Positions 52,228 through 63,791 of a stretch of DNA of 64,000 nucleotides are shown here, piece by piece. The notes under the pieces are model-generated. The model ran no database searches. It was given only the letters and a program-made list of their open reading frames with translations, and was not told the DNA's origin. Origin of the DNA: an uncultured Actinomycetota bacterium (GTDB taxonomy: Bacteria > Actinomycetota > UBA4738 > HRBIN12); contig CAVVSH010000004.1 in assembly GCA_963750945.1 (NCBI GenBank), positions 719,004-783,003 on the forward strand. The letters are read 5' to 3'. Each line of letters starts with the position of its first letter. Positions within the stretch are counted from its first letter, which is position 1. Both the position numbers and the translations under genes were made by a program.

Positions 52228-55200
52228 GTGGAAAACCCCTCGCCGGAGGTCGCCACGGCAGCGCGAGACGGTTTCGTCCATCTGCACGTTCACTCCGAGT
52301 ATTCGCTGCTGGACGGGGCTGCCCGCATCGAGGCTCCCGCGGCCAACCGATCCGCACCGACGATCTTCTCGGAAGCGCAGCGCATGGAGATGCCGGCGGT
52401 CGCCATCACCGATCACGGGGTGATGTTCGGCGCGCTCCCGTTCTACGAGGCGGCGCACGCCCACGGCATCAAGCCGATCCTCGGGGTCGAGGCCTACGTC
52501 GCGCCGGGTTCCCGATTCGACCGCGAACCAGGAGAGAACGAGGAGAAATACCACCACCTCACGCTGCTCGCCCGCAACGAGACGGGCTATCGGAACCTGC
52601 TGAAGCTCGTGTCGGCGGCCCACCTCGAGGGCTTCTACCACCGCCCGCGCATGGACAAGCAGCTCCTCGCGGAGCACGCCGAAGGGCTGACCTGCCTGTC
52701 CGGTTGCCTGTCGTCGGAACTGTCGAAGTTCCTGCTCACCGAACAAGAGGCTCGAGCGCGGGCGGTGGCCGCGGAGTACCGGGACATCTTCGGCGCCGGC
52801 AATTACTGGATCGAGCTCCAGGACCACGGCCTCTCGGAGCAGCGCCGGGTGACGCCGCGGCAGGTGTCCCTCGCACGGGAGCTCGGCATCGGCCTGGTCG
52901 CGACCAACGACCTGCACTACACATCGGCCGCCGACGCCAAGCCGCACGACGTGTTGCTCTGCATCCAGCAGCAGAAGCTGCAGACGGACCCGAAACGGCT
53001 TCGCTTCGACTCCGAGGAGTTCTATCTGAAGTCGGCGGAGCAGATGCGGGCCCTCTTCGCGGAGCTCCCCGAAGCCTGTGATCACACGCTCGAGATCGCG
53101 GAGTCGGTGGAGCTCGAGCTCATCTACGGCGACGCCGCCCCGCTGGAGGAGCGCTACCACCTGCCTCGCTTCGAGGCGCCGGACGGTCGGTCGCTCGAGG
53201 CGTACCTCCGCGAGCTCACGCTCGCCGGGGCCACGCAGCGGTACGGAGATCCGTTGCCCTCGGCGATCGGGGACCGACTCGATCTGGAGATGAGCGTGAT
53301 CCTCCAGATGGGTCTGGCCGGGTACTTCCTGGTGGTCTGGGATCTGATCCGCTTCGCTCGCGAGCAGGGCATCCGCGTCGGACCGGGCCGAGGATCGGCC
53401 GCCGGCTCGGTCGTGTCCTATTGCCTTCGGATCACCGACGTCGATCCGCTGAAGTACGGGTTGATCTTCGAGCGCTTCCTGAATCCCGAGCGGATCCAGA
53501 TGCCGGACATCGACATGGACTTCGACGAGCGTCGCCGTGACGAGGTGATCAGGTACGCGAGTACGAAGTACGGCGCCGACCACGTCGCGCAGATCGTCAC
53601 GTTCCAGACGATCAAGGGCAAGCAGGGGATCCGCGACGCCGCGCGCGTCCTCGGTTTCCCGCCGTCGGTGGGGGACCGCCTGTGCAAGATGTATCCCTCG
53701 CCGGTGATGGGTCGCGATCATCCGATCGAGGAGGCGCTGCGTCTGTCCCCGGAGCTCGCGACCGCCTACGAGGGCGAGCCGGAGGCAAAAGAGATCGTCG
53801 ACACGGCGAAGGCGCTCGAGGGGCTGCGCCGGGAGGATTCGGTCCACGCGGCCGGCGTCGTGATCGGCGACGCGCCGCTGGTGCGCTATCTGCCGCTGAA
53901 GCTGTCGAAGGATTCGCGCGACGACTCCAAACGCATCGTCACGCAGTTCGACATGCACGGCGTGGAGAAGCTGGGTCTGCTCAAGATGGACTTCCTCGGG
54001 CTCCGCAACCTCTCGGTGATCGAGGACACCCTTCGTCATCTCCGCGTCGACGGGATCGAGATGGACATCGACCACGTGGCACTCGACGATCCGGACACCT
54101 ACGCGCTCCTGTGCCGCGGCGAGACCACCGGCGTGTTCCAGATGGAGTCCGGCGGGATGCGCAGCCTGATCAAGCTCCTCGAGCCCGATCGGTTCGAGGA
54201 CCTGATGGCCCTCGTGGCGTTGTATCGGCCCGGCCCGCTCAACAACGGCCTGCACACCGAGTACGCGGAGCGCAAGCACGGACGCAAGCCGGTGACCTAC
54301 CCACATCCCGACCTGGAGCCGATCCTGCGGGATACCTACGGCGTCATGGTGTACCAGGAGCAGGTGATGCAGATCGCCGTGACGATGGCCGGCTTCTCGA
54401 TGGGCGAGGCGGACACGCTCCGCAAGGCGATGGGCAAGAAGAAGATCGAGTACCTGATGCCCTTCAAGGAGCGCTTCGTCAAGGGGGCCGTCGATCGCGG
54501 CTACCCCGAACGGAGCGCAGCGGACATGTTCGAGATGTTCGTCCCGTTCGCGGACTACGGGTTCAACGCCTCGCATGCGTGCGCGTACGGCCTCGTGGCC
54601 TACCAGACCGCCTACCTGATGGCGCACCACCCGGTCTCGTACATGGCGGCGATCCTCACGTCGGTGAAGGACGACAAGGACCGCAAGCCGTACTACCTCT
54701 ACGCGTGCCGCGCGATGGACATCGAAGTGCTTCCGCCGGACGTGAACGACTCCGCGCTCGACTTCGCTCCGGCCGCCGGCGGCGGTCGGGCGATCCGGTA
54801 CGGGCTCTCCGCGGTGCGTAACGTCGGCGAGGGCGCGGTGCAGCAGATCATCGAGGCACGAGACGCGAAGGGCCCCTTCGAGTCCTTCTCCGACTTCTGC
54901 CGGAAGGTCGACCCGTCGGTCCTCGCGAAACGGATGCTGGAGTCGTTGATCCTGGCCGGCGCGTTCGACTCGCTGGGGTACCGGCGGCGGGCGCTGCTGG
55001 TCTCACAGGACAAGGTGTCCGGCCCGATCGTCGCCGAGCGCAAGGCGGAGGCGGCGGGGCAGTTCTCGCTGTTCGGCGGCGACTCGGAGGTCGGGCAGAT
55101 CGACGAGTCGGTCCTGCAGGGGGAGGAGTTCGACAAGCCTGAGCTCCTCCGCTACGAGAAGGAGATGCTCGGGCAGTTCGTCTCGGACCATCCGCTCCTC

Positions 55201-55779
55201 GAGGTGGCGGACGCACTTCGAGCGCAAAGCACGCACGACATCGGCGACCTCGAGGGCGCCGATGACGGCGAGCTCGTGACCGCGGCCGGCATCATCGGCG
55301 GGGTCGCCAGGAAGTACACGAAGCGGGGGGAGCCCTACGCGCAGTTCCGTCTCGAGGGGCTCGCGGCCGGCGTCGAGGTGGTGGCGTTCCCCTCGGTGTA
55401 CGAAGCAGATCCCGACCTCATCTCGGCGGACCGGATCGTGGTGGTCGTCGGGCGGATCGACCGGCGGGGACGGGAGCTCCAGATCCGGGCGAACGAGGTG
55501 CGCGAGCCGATCCTCGCCGGTGTCGCCGCGCAGAACGGACCGGAGTCCGTCGTGATCGACCTCACCGCGGCGGCGTGCACGGACGCCGTACTGGCGAAGA
55601 TGGCCGAGCTGCTGCGGTCACGGCCGGGACCCGCGCCCGTGAAGGTGCGGTTCCACTCCTCTGCCGGCGTGCGACCACTCGACATGGGCGAGTTCCGCGT
55701 GGACTCCTCGGGCGCGCTGATGGGGGAGCTGACCGGATTGCTCGGGGCCGGCACCGCCCGCGTGGAACGCTTCGTCTGA
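52228..55779 (+). CDS. dnaE: Replicative DNA polymerase III alpha
   Basis: HLHVHSEYSLLDGA, TDHG, GRGSAAGS, PDIDMDF, clamp motif QFSLFG; no intein seen. Confidence 0.96.
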   Translation: MENPSPEVATAARDGFVHLHVHSEYSLLDGAARIEAPAANRSAPTIFSEAQRMEMPAVAITDHGVMFGALPFYEAAHAHGIKPILGVEAYVAPGSRFDREPGENEEKYHHLTLLARNETGYRNLLKLVSAAHLEGFYHRPRMDKQLLAEHAEGLTCLSGCLSSELSKFLLTEQEARARAVAAEYRDIFGAGNYWIELQDHGLSEQRRVTPRQVSLARELGIGLVATNDLHYTSAADAKPHDVLLCIQQQKLQTDPKRLRFDSEEFYLKSAEQMRALFAELPEACDHTLEIAESVELELIYGDAAPLEERYHLPRFEAPDGRSLEAYLRELTLAGATQRYGDPLPSAIGDRLDLEMSVILQMGLAGYFLVVWDLIRFAREQGIRVGPGRGSAAGSVVSYCLRITDVDPLKYGLIFERFLNPERIQMPDIDMDFDERRRDEVIRYASTKYGADHVAQIVTFQTIKGKQGIRDAARVLGFPPSVGDRLCKMYPSPVMGRDHPIEEALRLSPELATAYEGEPEAKEIVDTAKALEGLRREDSVHAAGVVIGDAPLVRYLPLKLSKDSRDDSKRIVTQFDMHGVEKLGLLKMDFLGLRNLSVIEDTLRHLRVDGIEMDIDHVALDDPDTYALLCRGETTGVFQMESGGMRSLIKLLEPDRFEDLMALVALYRPGPLNNGLHTEYAERKHGRKPVTYPHPDLEPILRDTYGVMVYQEQVMQIAVTMAGFSMGEADTLRKAMGKKKIEYLMPFKERFVKGAVDRGYPERSAADMFEMFVPFADYGFNASHACAYGLVAYQTAYLMAHHPVSYMAAILTSVKDDKDRKPYYLYACRAMDIEVLPPDVNDSALDFAPAAGGGRAIRYGLSAVRNVGEGAVQQIIEARDAKGPFESFSDFCRKVDPSVLAKRMLESLILAGAFDSLGYRRRALLVSQDKVSGPIVAERKAEAAGQFSLFGGDSEVGQIDESVLQGEEFDKPELLRYEKEMLGQFVSDHPLLEVADALRAQSTHDIGDLEGADDGELVTAAGIIGGVARKYTKRGEPYAQFRLEGLAAGVEVVAFPSVYEADPDLISADRIVVVVGRIDRRGRELQIRANEVREPILAGVAAQNGPESVVIDLTAAACTDAVLAKMAELLRSRPGPAPVKVRFHSSAGVRPLDMGEFRVDSSGALMGELTGLLGAGTARVERFV

Positions 55780-55827
55780 AGCATCACTCGGTTCGACCCT
55801 CGTCTCTCGCCACGCGGGGCCTCTATC

Positions 55828-56544
55828 GTGCACGGCGTGTTCGAGGTCATGCCCGCGATCGACGTGAGCGACGGCGCCCTCGCCACGTTCACACCGACGG
55901 GACCCCGGCCGGTGGAGGCGTTCGGAGGGGACCCGCTCGCCGCCGCGCATGCGGCGGTGGCGGCGGGTGCCCGATGGCTCCACGTCGTGGACATGGACCT
56001 CGCGTTCGGCGGCGAGGCGCGGAACCTGGAGGTCCTCGCCGAGATCGCCTCGCTCCCCGTGGCCGTGCAGGCGGCGGGCGGCGTGCGCGACGCCGAGGAG
56101 GTCCGAACCCTCTTCGAGGCGGGAGCCACGAGGGTCGTCCTTGGATCGGCCGCCCTCGCGGACGAGCACGGGGCGACGACGCTCCTGTCGGCGGAGGGAC
56201 CTCGCCTCGCGATCGGGATCGAGGTGGACGAGGGGCGCATCCGCTCGCGCGGCCGCGACCCGGTCGACCTGCCGCTGCTCGAGACCCTCGGGTGGGTCGT
56301 CGCCGCCGGCGCCGCCACGCTGCTCGTGACGTCGATCGACCGGGTGGGACGGCGAGGCGGCCCGGACCTCGAGCTGGTGAGGCGCGTGGGGCGTGCAGGC
56401 CGCCCCGTGCTGGCGGCGGGAGGCATCGCGTCGATCGCGGACCTGCGCAACGTTCGGGCGGCCGGCGCCGCGGGCGCGGTCGTCGGGAGCGCCGCGCTCG
56501 ACGGCTCGATGGATCTGGCGGCGGCGATCGCCGAGGTGGCCTGA
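55828..56544 (+). CDS. HisA/PriA-like TIM-barrel isomerase (degenerate motifs)
   Basis: PAIDV, LHVVD, GGVRD, VVLGSAA, AAGGI, VVGSA. Confidence 0.75.
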   Translation: MHGVFEVMPAIDVSDGALATFTPTGPRPVEAFGGDPLAAAHAAVAAGARWLHVVDMDLAFGGEARNLEVLAEIASLPVAVQAAGGVRDAEEVRTLFEAGATRVVLGSAALADEHGATTLLSAEGPRLAIGIEVDEGRIRSRGRDPVDLPLLETLGWVVAAGAATLLVTSIDRVGRRGGPDLELVRRVGRAGRPVLAAGGIASIADLRNVRAAGAAGAVVGSAALDGSMDLAAAIAEVA

Positions 56545-56579
56545 GGCCGCGATCGACCGGCGTCTAGACTCGCCGCCCC

Positions 56580-57361
56580 ATGGGGTTCCTCAGCGATCTC
56601 ATCGAGCGGCTCGAGCGGGAGCTGCACGAGCACCCGCTCGACGATCTGGCGTTGATGTCGCGCGCATCCGCGATGCCGCCGGTGCGAGATCTCGAGGCGG
56701 CCCTCCGGCTCGCAGAGCCGCCCGCGCTGATCGCCGAGGTGAAGCGCGCCTCGCCGTCGGCCGGCGTGATCGCGGAACACGTGAACCCGAGCGTGCTCGC
56801 CCGGGGATACGAGGCGGGTGGTGCCGCAGCCGTCTCGGTCCTCACCGAACCCCGGCACTTCCACGGGTCTCTCGCCGATCTGCAGGCGGCTCGGTCGTCG
56901 GTGTCGATCCCGGTGCTGCGGAAGGACTTCTTGATCCACCCGTCCCAGGTGATCGAGGCGAGGGCATCGGGCGCCGATGCCGTCCTGTTGATCGTGGCGG
57001 CCCTGACCGACACACAGCTCGGGGCGCTCCTGGAGGCTGCGCGCGACCTGGGTCTCGGCGCGCTCGTGGAGACGCATTCGGATGAGGACCTGCGGCGTGC
57101 CCTCGAGACCGACGCCGGCGTCATCGGGGTCAACGCGCGGGACCTCGAGACGCTCGAGGTCGACGTCGACGCGGCGCTGGCACGGATCGGACGGGTGCCG
57201 GCTGGCCGGATCTCGGTGCTGGAGAGCGGGATCTCGACCCGGGCGAACGTCGACGCCGCGCTCGAGGCGGGGGCGTCTGCCATCCTGGTGGGCGAAGCGC
57301 TGATGCGCGCGGACGATCCCGCGCGCGCCGTGAGGAAGCTCCTCTGGAGGGAACTCCGCAC

Positions 57362-57365
<4 letters not shown>
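56580..57365 (+). CDS. trpC: Indole-3-glycerol phosphate synthase
   Basis: [31 protein letters not shown]. Confidence 0.95.
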
Positions 57366-58555
<1,190 letters not shown>

Positions 58556-59326
58556 GTGGGACGGCTCGAGGTGGCGTTGCGCGCCCGCCGCGACGCCGGC
58601 GGGCGCGCGTTCGTGCCGTACGTGACGGGAGGGTTTCCCGGGGTGGACGCGGATCTGCTCCGGCGGCTCGACGCCGCGGGTGCGGATGCCATCGAGGTCG
58701 GCATCCCGTTCTCCGACCCGGTGATGGACGGTGGCGTGGTCCAGGAGGCCTCCGCCGAGGCGCTTCGCCTGGGTACCCGGCCGACCGACGTCCTCGCGAA
58801 GATCGGGGAGGCGGCGATCGACATCCCGGTCGCCGTCATGACGTACGTGAACCCGGTCTACAGGCACGGCATCGGGTCCTTCCTGGACGAGGTGGTGGCG
58901 TCGGGCGTGAGCGGGATCATCGTCCCCGACCTGCCCGTGGACGAGTCCGGCGACCTCGAAGAGGCGGCGGTCGCACGCGGATTGGACGCGGTGCTCCTGG
59001 CCGCGCCCGGGAGCACGCCGGAGCGCCTGGCCGAGATCGGACGCCGGTCACGCGGGTTCGTCTACTGCGTCGCGACCTACGGCGTGACCGGCGCCCGCGA
59101 CCACCTGGACACCGCGGCGAGAGGCCTCGTGGACGCCCTCCGGCCCCACACGGACCTTCCCCTCCTGTTGGGGGTGGGGATCGGCGCGCCCGAGCAGGCG
59201 GCGGAAGCATGCACCTTCGCGGACGGGGTGGTGGTCGGAAGCGCCCTGATGGCGCGCGTCCTCGGAGGGGACCTCGACGGTGCCGTCAGCCTCGCGAGGG
59301 ATTTCCGATCCTCGATCCCCGCCTGA
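58556..59326 (+). CDS. trpA: Tryptophan synthase alpha chain
   Basis: EVGIPFSDPVMDGGVVQ, MTYVNP, PDLP, GVTGAR. Confidence 0.95.
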   Translation: MGRLEVALRARRDAGGRAFVPYVTGGFPGVDADLLRRLDAAGADAIEVGIPFSDPVMDGGVVQEASAEALRLGTRPTDVLAKIGEAAIDIPVAVMTYVNPVYRHGIGSFLDEVVASGVSGIIVPDLPVDESGDLEEAAVARGLDAVLLAAPGSTPERLAEIGRRSRGFVYCVATYGVTGARDHLDTAARGLVDALRPHTDLPLLLGVGIGAPEQAAEACTFADGVVVGSALMARVLGGDLDGAVSLARDFRSSIPA

Positions 59327-59488
59327 CCCATCGCGTCCCGCGCCATCTCCCGCCCCCGACCGTCACGTATGACCAGGGGAAACGCCCCGAGTGGATTGGC
59401 CAATCGGGGGCGGGATGTGATAGTCACACACCATCTCGGGGGACCGAGAAGAGCATCTCGGGGGACCGGGATAGAGAAGGGGGGCTCC

Positions 59489-60802
59489 ATGAAGCACCGT
59501 TCATGGTTCAAGGCGTTCGCCCTGGTTGCCGTGCTGTCCATCGTTGCGTCGGCGTGTGCCGGCGATGACGAGGAGCCAAGCGGCAACGGAGGGGACGTGG
59601 ATTGTGCGACCGTCGAGTTCGGCTGCGTGGAGGTCGGCGCAGACGAGCCGATCAACCTTGGCGCGGCCCAGGTCATCAGCGGCGCCGACGCCACGCTGGG
59701 ACAAGACCAGGTGAATGCCATCGAGCTCGCGATCGACCATCTCGACGGGACGTTCGACCAGACCGACGGCACGCTACTCGATCACCCCGTGAACCTCACC
59801 GTGGAGGACGAGCTGTGCTCCGCGGATGGCGGGCAGACCGCCGGCACGGCGCTGGCGGCCGATGCATCGATCGCGGCGGTCATCGGGACGAGCTGCTCGA
59901 GCGCGGCGCTCGGCGTGGCGGACACGATCCTCGGCGACAAGGGCATCACGCTCATCTCGGGCTCGAACACCAGCCCGGCGCTGACCGATCCTGAGCTGCA
60001 CAACCCGTTCTACGCCCGTACGGCCCACAACGACCGCATCCAGGGCGCGATCGGTGCCGAGTTCGCGCTGGGCGAAGACCTCGGCGCCACCACGGCGGCG
60101 ACCATCGCCGACGAGAGCCCCTACACCCAGGGTCTCGTGGCTGCGTTCCGAGCGAACTTCGAGGCTGGGGGCGGCACCCTCACGGGCGAGGAGCAGGTCA
60201 ACTCCGAGGACACCGACTTCAAGCCGGTCCTCAGGTCGTTGGCCGAACAGGATCCGGACGTCCTGTACTTCCCGATCTTCGTGGCAGCCTGCACGCTGAT
60301 CATCAAGCAGGCGCAGGACATCATGCCCGACGCCGAGCTGATCGTGGCTGACGGATGCCTGTCGAGCGACACCCTGAAGAACGCGGGGGCGGCGGCGGAG
60401 GGCGTCTGGGCATCCTCACCCGACCTGTCGGCGTTCCAGACCAACGAGTTCTACTCCGGCGAGTTCATCCCCGCGTATCAGGAGGCGTTCAGCACCGAAC
60501 CGCTCTCGGTGTTCCACGCCCACTCCTACGATGCGACGAACGTGGTGTTCGCGGCGATCGAGGAGGTCGCGATCGACAACGGCGACGGATCGCTCTCGAT
60601 CCCTCGCCAGGCGCTCCGTGACGCGATCTTCGCCACGAGTGGATACGAGGGCGTGACGGGGACGATCACGTGCCTCGACACGGGTGACTGCGCGACGGAC
60701 GTCACGATCGGGCTGTTCCTCGCTCCGGGTTGGCCGGTCGAGGGAGGCACGGACGATCCGGCGGTGTACACCGACACGAAGTCGCTCGACGAAGTGCTGT
60801 AG
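59489..60802 (+). CDS. Branched-chain amino acid ABC transporter substrate-binding lipoprotein (LivK-like)
   Basis: Lipobox ASAC; GTSCSSA, RTAHNDRIQG, HSYDA. Confidence 0.88.
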   Translation: MKHRSWFKAFALVAVLSIVASACAGDDEEPSGNGGDVDCATVEFGCVEVGADEPINLGAAQVISGADATLGQDQVNAIELAIDHLDGTFDQTDGTLLDHPVNLTVEDELCSADGGQTAGTALAADASIAAVIGTSCSSAALGVADTILGDKGITLISGSNTSPALTDPELHNPFYARTAHNDRIQGAIGAEFALGEDLGATTAATIADESPYTQGLVAAFRANFEAGGGTLTGEEQVNSEDTDFKPVLRSLAEQDPDVLYFPIFVAACTLIIKQAQDIMPDAELIVADGCLSSDTLKNAGAAAEGVWASSPDLSAFQTNEFYSGEFIPAYQEAFSTEPLSVFHAHSYDATNVVFAAIEEVAIDNGDGSLSIPRQALRDAIFATSGYEGVTGTITCLDTGDCATDVTIGLFLAPGWPVEGGTDDPAVYTDTKSLDEVL

Positions 60803-60826
60803 AGGAACAGCAACGAGAAGAACGGC

Positions 60827-60872
60827 GGAGGGGCCGCGGGCGGAGCCGAGAGGCTCGCCCGCGGCCCCTTCC
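60827..60872 (+). terminator. Intercistronic GNRA-capped stem-loop after the binding-protein gene
   Basis: GGAGGGGCCGCGGGCG(G)AGCC-GAGA-GGCTCGCCCGCGGCCCCTTCC; no U-tail. Confidence 0.55.
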
Positions 60873-60888
60873 CTCGAGGGAGGGAACC

Positions 60889-61992
60889 CTGGGTAGCACC
60901 GAGTCCCCCCGTGTGGCCGCCGCTCGGCTGGGTCGCTTCGAGCGGCTGCCGTGGCGGCGCATCATCCTCATCGTCCTGGGCATCGTCGTCGTCGGCGTGG
61001 TGGTGCTCGGGACGTATCTCACGCTCACGCTCGACTCGGCCGAGGGCGGGTACTCGGCCGGAGCGTGGCGCGACTTCATCGTTCAAGGCCTCGCGCAAGG
61101 CGCGATCTTCGCGATGATCGCGCTCGGCTACAGCCTCGTCTACGGGATCCTCCGGATGATCAACTTCGCCCACGGCGAGGTGTTCATGGCCGGCGCGTTC
61201 GTTTCGTTCTTCTGGGCGGACGCCTATGCGAAGAGCGGCTTCTTGAACCGGAATCCCGTCGTCGCGCTCGCGATCGTGACGACCGTCGCGATCGTCATCT
61301 CGATGGGCACGGCCGTCCTGCTGGAGCGGCTCGCCTATCGACCGCTCCGCAACGCGCCCAGGCTGGTTCCGCTCATCACCGCGATCGGTGCCTCGTTGTT
61401 CTTGTCGAACGCGTTCCGAGGCTTCTTCGGCCCCCAGCCCTACGGCTATCCGAAGCCGGACGTGCTGGCGGGGAGCATCACGGTGCTAGGGATCCCGATG
61501 GAGAAGATCCAGCTGCTGGTGCTCGTCGTCGCCCTGATCTGCATGGTCGTCCTGCAGTGGTTCGTCGCCACGACGACGACGGGACGCTCGATGCGCGCGG
61601 TCGCGCAGGATCGGGAGATCGCCAGCCTGATGGGCATCAACGTCGACCGGGTGATCGTCATCACGTTCGCGATCGGGGGGGTGCTCGCAGGCATCGCCGG
61701 GGTCTTGTACTCGCTCACGTTCGAGCAGGTGCAGTTCACGATGGGGTTCCGCCCCGGGATCGCGGCGTTCACCGCCGCCGTGCTGGGCGGGATCGGGAGC
61801 ATCGGCGGCGCGGCGCTCGGTGGGTTCGTGATCGGGCTGCTGCAGGCGATCGGGCCGCCGCTGATCCTCACCGGATTCGGGATCCCGAGCGTCTTCTCCC
61901 TCCGAGACGCGTTCGTCTTCCTCGTCCTGGTGCTCGTCCTGGTCTTCCGTCCCGGAGGGCTGCTCGGCACGGGTGAAGCGGAGAAGGTGTGA
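60889..61992 (+). CDS. livH: Branched-chain amino acid ABC permease (LivH-like)
   Basis: ALGYSLVYGILRMINFAHGE, AFTAAVLGGIGS, RPGGLLG. Start is CTG 60889 or GTG 60913. Confidence 0.88.
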   Translation: MGSTESPRVAAARLGRFERLPWRRIILIVLGIVVVGVVVLGTYLTLTLDSAEGGYSAGAWRDFIVQGLAQGAIFAMIALGYSLVYGILRMINFAHGEVFMAGAFVSFFWADAYAKSGFLNRNPVVALAIVTTVAIVISMGTAVLLERLAYRPLRNAPRLVPLITAIGASLFLSNAFRGFFGPQPYGYPKPDVLAGSITVLGIPMEKIQLLVLVVALICMVVLQWFVATTTTGRSMRAVAQDREIASLMGINVDRVIVITFAIGGVLAGIAGVLYSLTFEQVQFTMGFRPGIAAFTAAVLGGIGSIGGAALGGFVIGLLQAIGPPLILTGFGIPSVFSLRDAFVFLVLVLVLVFRPGGLLGTGEAEKV

Positions 61993-63791
61993 TGGCGGGC
62001 CGATGGGTCCGCATGGGAGCGCTCTCGGGCGTCGTCACGATCTTCCTCGCACTCGTCGGCCTGATCGGGAACTTCACCGAGGTGTATCTGATCGACGACG
62101 ACCTCACGTTCGCCGGGCTGATGCTCGTCCTCCCTGCCATCGTGGCCGGTCTGGTGGCGGCCGCGCCCCGGGTCGAGGGTGGGGAGCGGCACGAGATGCG
62201 GAGCTCCGAGGCCGCGGTCGCGGCCGCGGTGGCCGGCGCGGCCGCCGGAGCGACCTTCGCCGTCGCCGTGGTCCTGTCCGACTGGATCGGGGACGAGCGG
62301 ATCCGAGCTGTGTTCCTCAACGTGACACCGCAGCTGATGGAGTTCGTCACCTTCGGGCAGCCGCCGCTGATCGGTGGTTCGATCATCGTCGTGATCTCCG
62401 CCGTGGCAGGCGTCCTGGGAGGGCTCCTGCGGGTAGCTCCCGTGAGGATCCGGCGGCCGATCACGACGGCGGTGATCACCACGTTGATGTTCGGCTTCCT
62501 CCAACGGGTCATCCCGATCGCCCTCGACCAACTGAGTCTCGAGCGTGACTGGCTCTACAGCCCGCAGTTCGACGGACTGACCTGGATCGGCGCCCTCGTC
62601 GTGGCGGTGGTCGCCGCAGGGATCAGCGTGCTGAACACCCGCTACGGCGCCCGGCTCCGGGCCTCGTGGGGCGTCCCCGGCGCGACAAGCGTCCCCGGCG
62701 CGACCGGCGCAGACAACCCGGGGATCAGCCCCCTCCGGCTGGTGGCCGGTGTGGTCGTCCTCGCCCTGTTGCTCGTCGCGCCGCTGCTCCTCGGGTCCGT
62801 GATCTCCGAGGTCCTGGGGACGGTGATGGTGTTCGCCCTCCTCGGTATCGGGCTGAACATCGTCGTCGGCTACGCGGGCCTGCTCGATCTCGGCTACGTC
62901 TTCTTCTTCGCGCTCGGCGCGTACTCCGTCGCGCTCCTCACCGGTGCGACACTGAACGCGTTCGGGATCCCACCGGAGCCGGCGATCTCCGGGAGCCTGA
63001 ACTTCTATGTCGCGATCCCGATCGTGATGGTGATCGCGGCTGCGGCGGGACTACTGGTCGGTGCACCGGTGCTGCGGCTCCGGGGGGACTACCTCGCGCT
63101 CGTGACGCTCGGCCTCGGCGAGATCGTGACCGTCCTCCTCGCGAGCCCGTGGCTCGTGCCGCTCGTCGGCGGGCCGAGCGGGATGCGAGGAATCACCGAC
63201 GCGGCGATCGGCGGCTTCGGCTTCCGCGATCCGCAGCACTTCTATTACCTCGCGCTCGCGTTCGTCGCCCTCGCCGCGTTCGTCTCATGGCGGCTCGCCT
63301 CCTCGCGGATCGGCCGGGCATGGACCGCGATGCGGGAGGACGAGCAGACCGCCGACGCGATGGGGATCAGCACGACCCGCTTCAAGCTGCTCGCGTTCGC
63401 GATCGGCGGCGCGATCGGGTCGCTCGGTGGAGCGCTCTTCGCGGTGAAGATCGGATCGCTCACGCCGGCGAGCTTCCAGGTCATCGTGTCGATCCAGGTG
63501 CTCGGTCTGGTGATCCTCGGCGGCATCGGAAGCATCCCCGGCGTGCTCGTGGGTGCGCTCGTGCTCGTCGGCCTGCCGGGCCTGCTCCGAGAGTTCGAGG
63601 AGTATCGCTTCCTCGCCTACGGCGCGGCGATCGTCGCGGTGATGATCCTGCGGCCGGAAGGACTGGTGCCGAACGTTCGCCGCAGCCGCGAGCTCAAGGA
63701 CGAGGAGAGCGCGCAAGACGAATGGGCGAAGACCGTCGAAGAAGCGGGGGCCTCGCCCGACGCCGCCCCCGCGACCGGGGCGACGACGTGA
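61992..63791 (+). CDS. livM: Branched-chain amino acid ABC permease (LivM-like) with N-terminal membrane extension
   Basis: GLNIVVGYAGLLDLGY, LRLRGDYLALVTLGLGEI, GRAWTAMREDE. Confidence 0.88.
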   Translation: MAGRWVRMGALSGVVTIFLALVGLIGNFTEVYLIDDDLTFAGLMLVLPAIVAGLVAAAPRVEGGERHEMRSSEAAVAAAVAGAAAGATFAVAVVLSDWIGDERIRAVFLNVTPQLMEFVTFGQPPLIGGSIIVVISAVAGVLGGLLRVAPVRIRRPITTAVITTLMFGFLQRVIPIALDQLSLERDWLYSPQFDGLTWIGALVVAVVAAGISVLNTRYGARLRASWGVPGATSVPGATGADNPGISPLRLVAGVVVLALLLVAPLLLGSVISEVLGTVMVFALLGIGLNIVVGYAGLLDLGYVFFFALGAYSVALLTGATLNAFGIPPEPAISGSLNFYVAIPIVMVIAAAAGLLVGAPVLRLRGDYLALVTLGLGEIVTVLLASPWLVPLVGGPSGMRGITDAAIGGFGFRDPQHFYYLALAFVALAAFVSWRLASSRIGRAWTAMREDEQTADAMGISTTRFKLLAFAIGGAIGSLGGALFAVKIGSLTPASFQVIVSIQVLGLVILGGIGSIPGVLVGALVLVGLPGLLREFEEYRFLAYGAAIVAVMILRPEGLVPNVRRSRELKDEESAQDEWAKTVEEAGASPDAAPATGATT

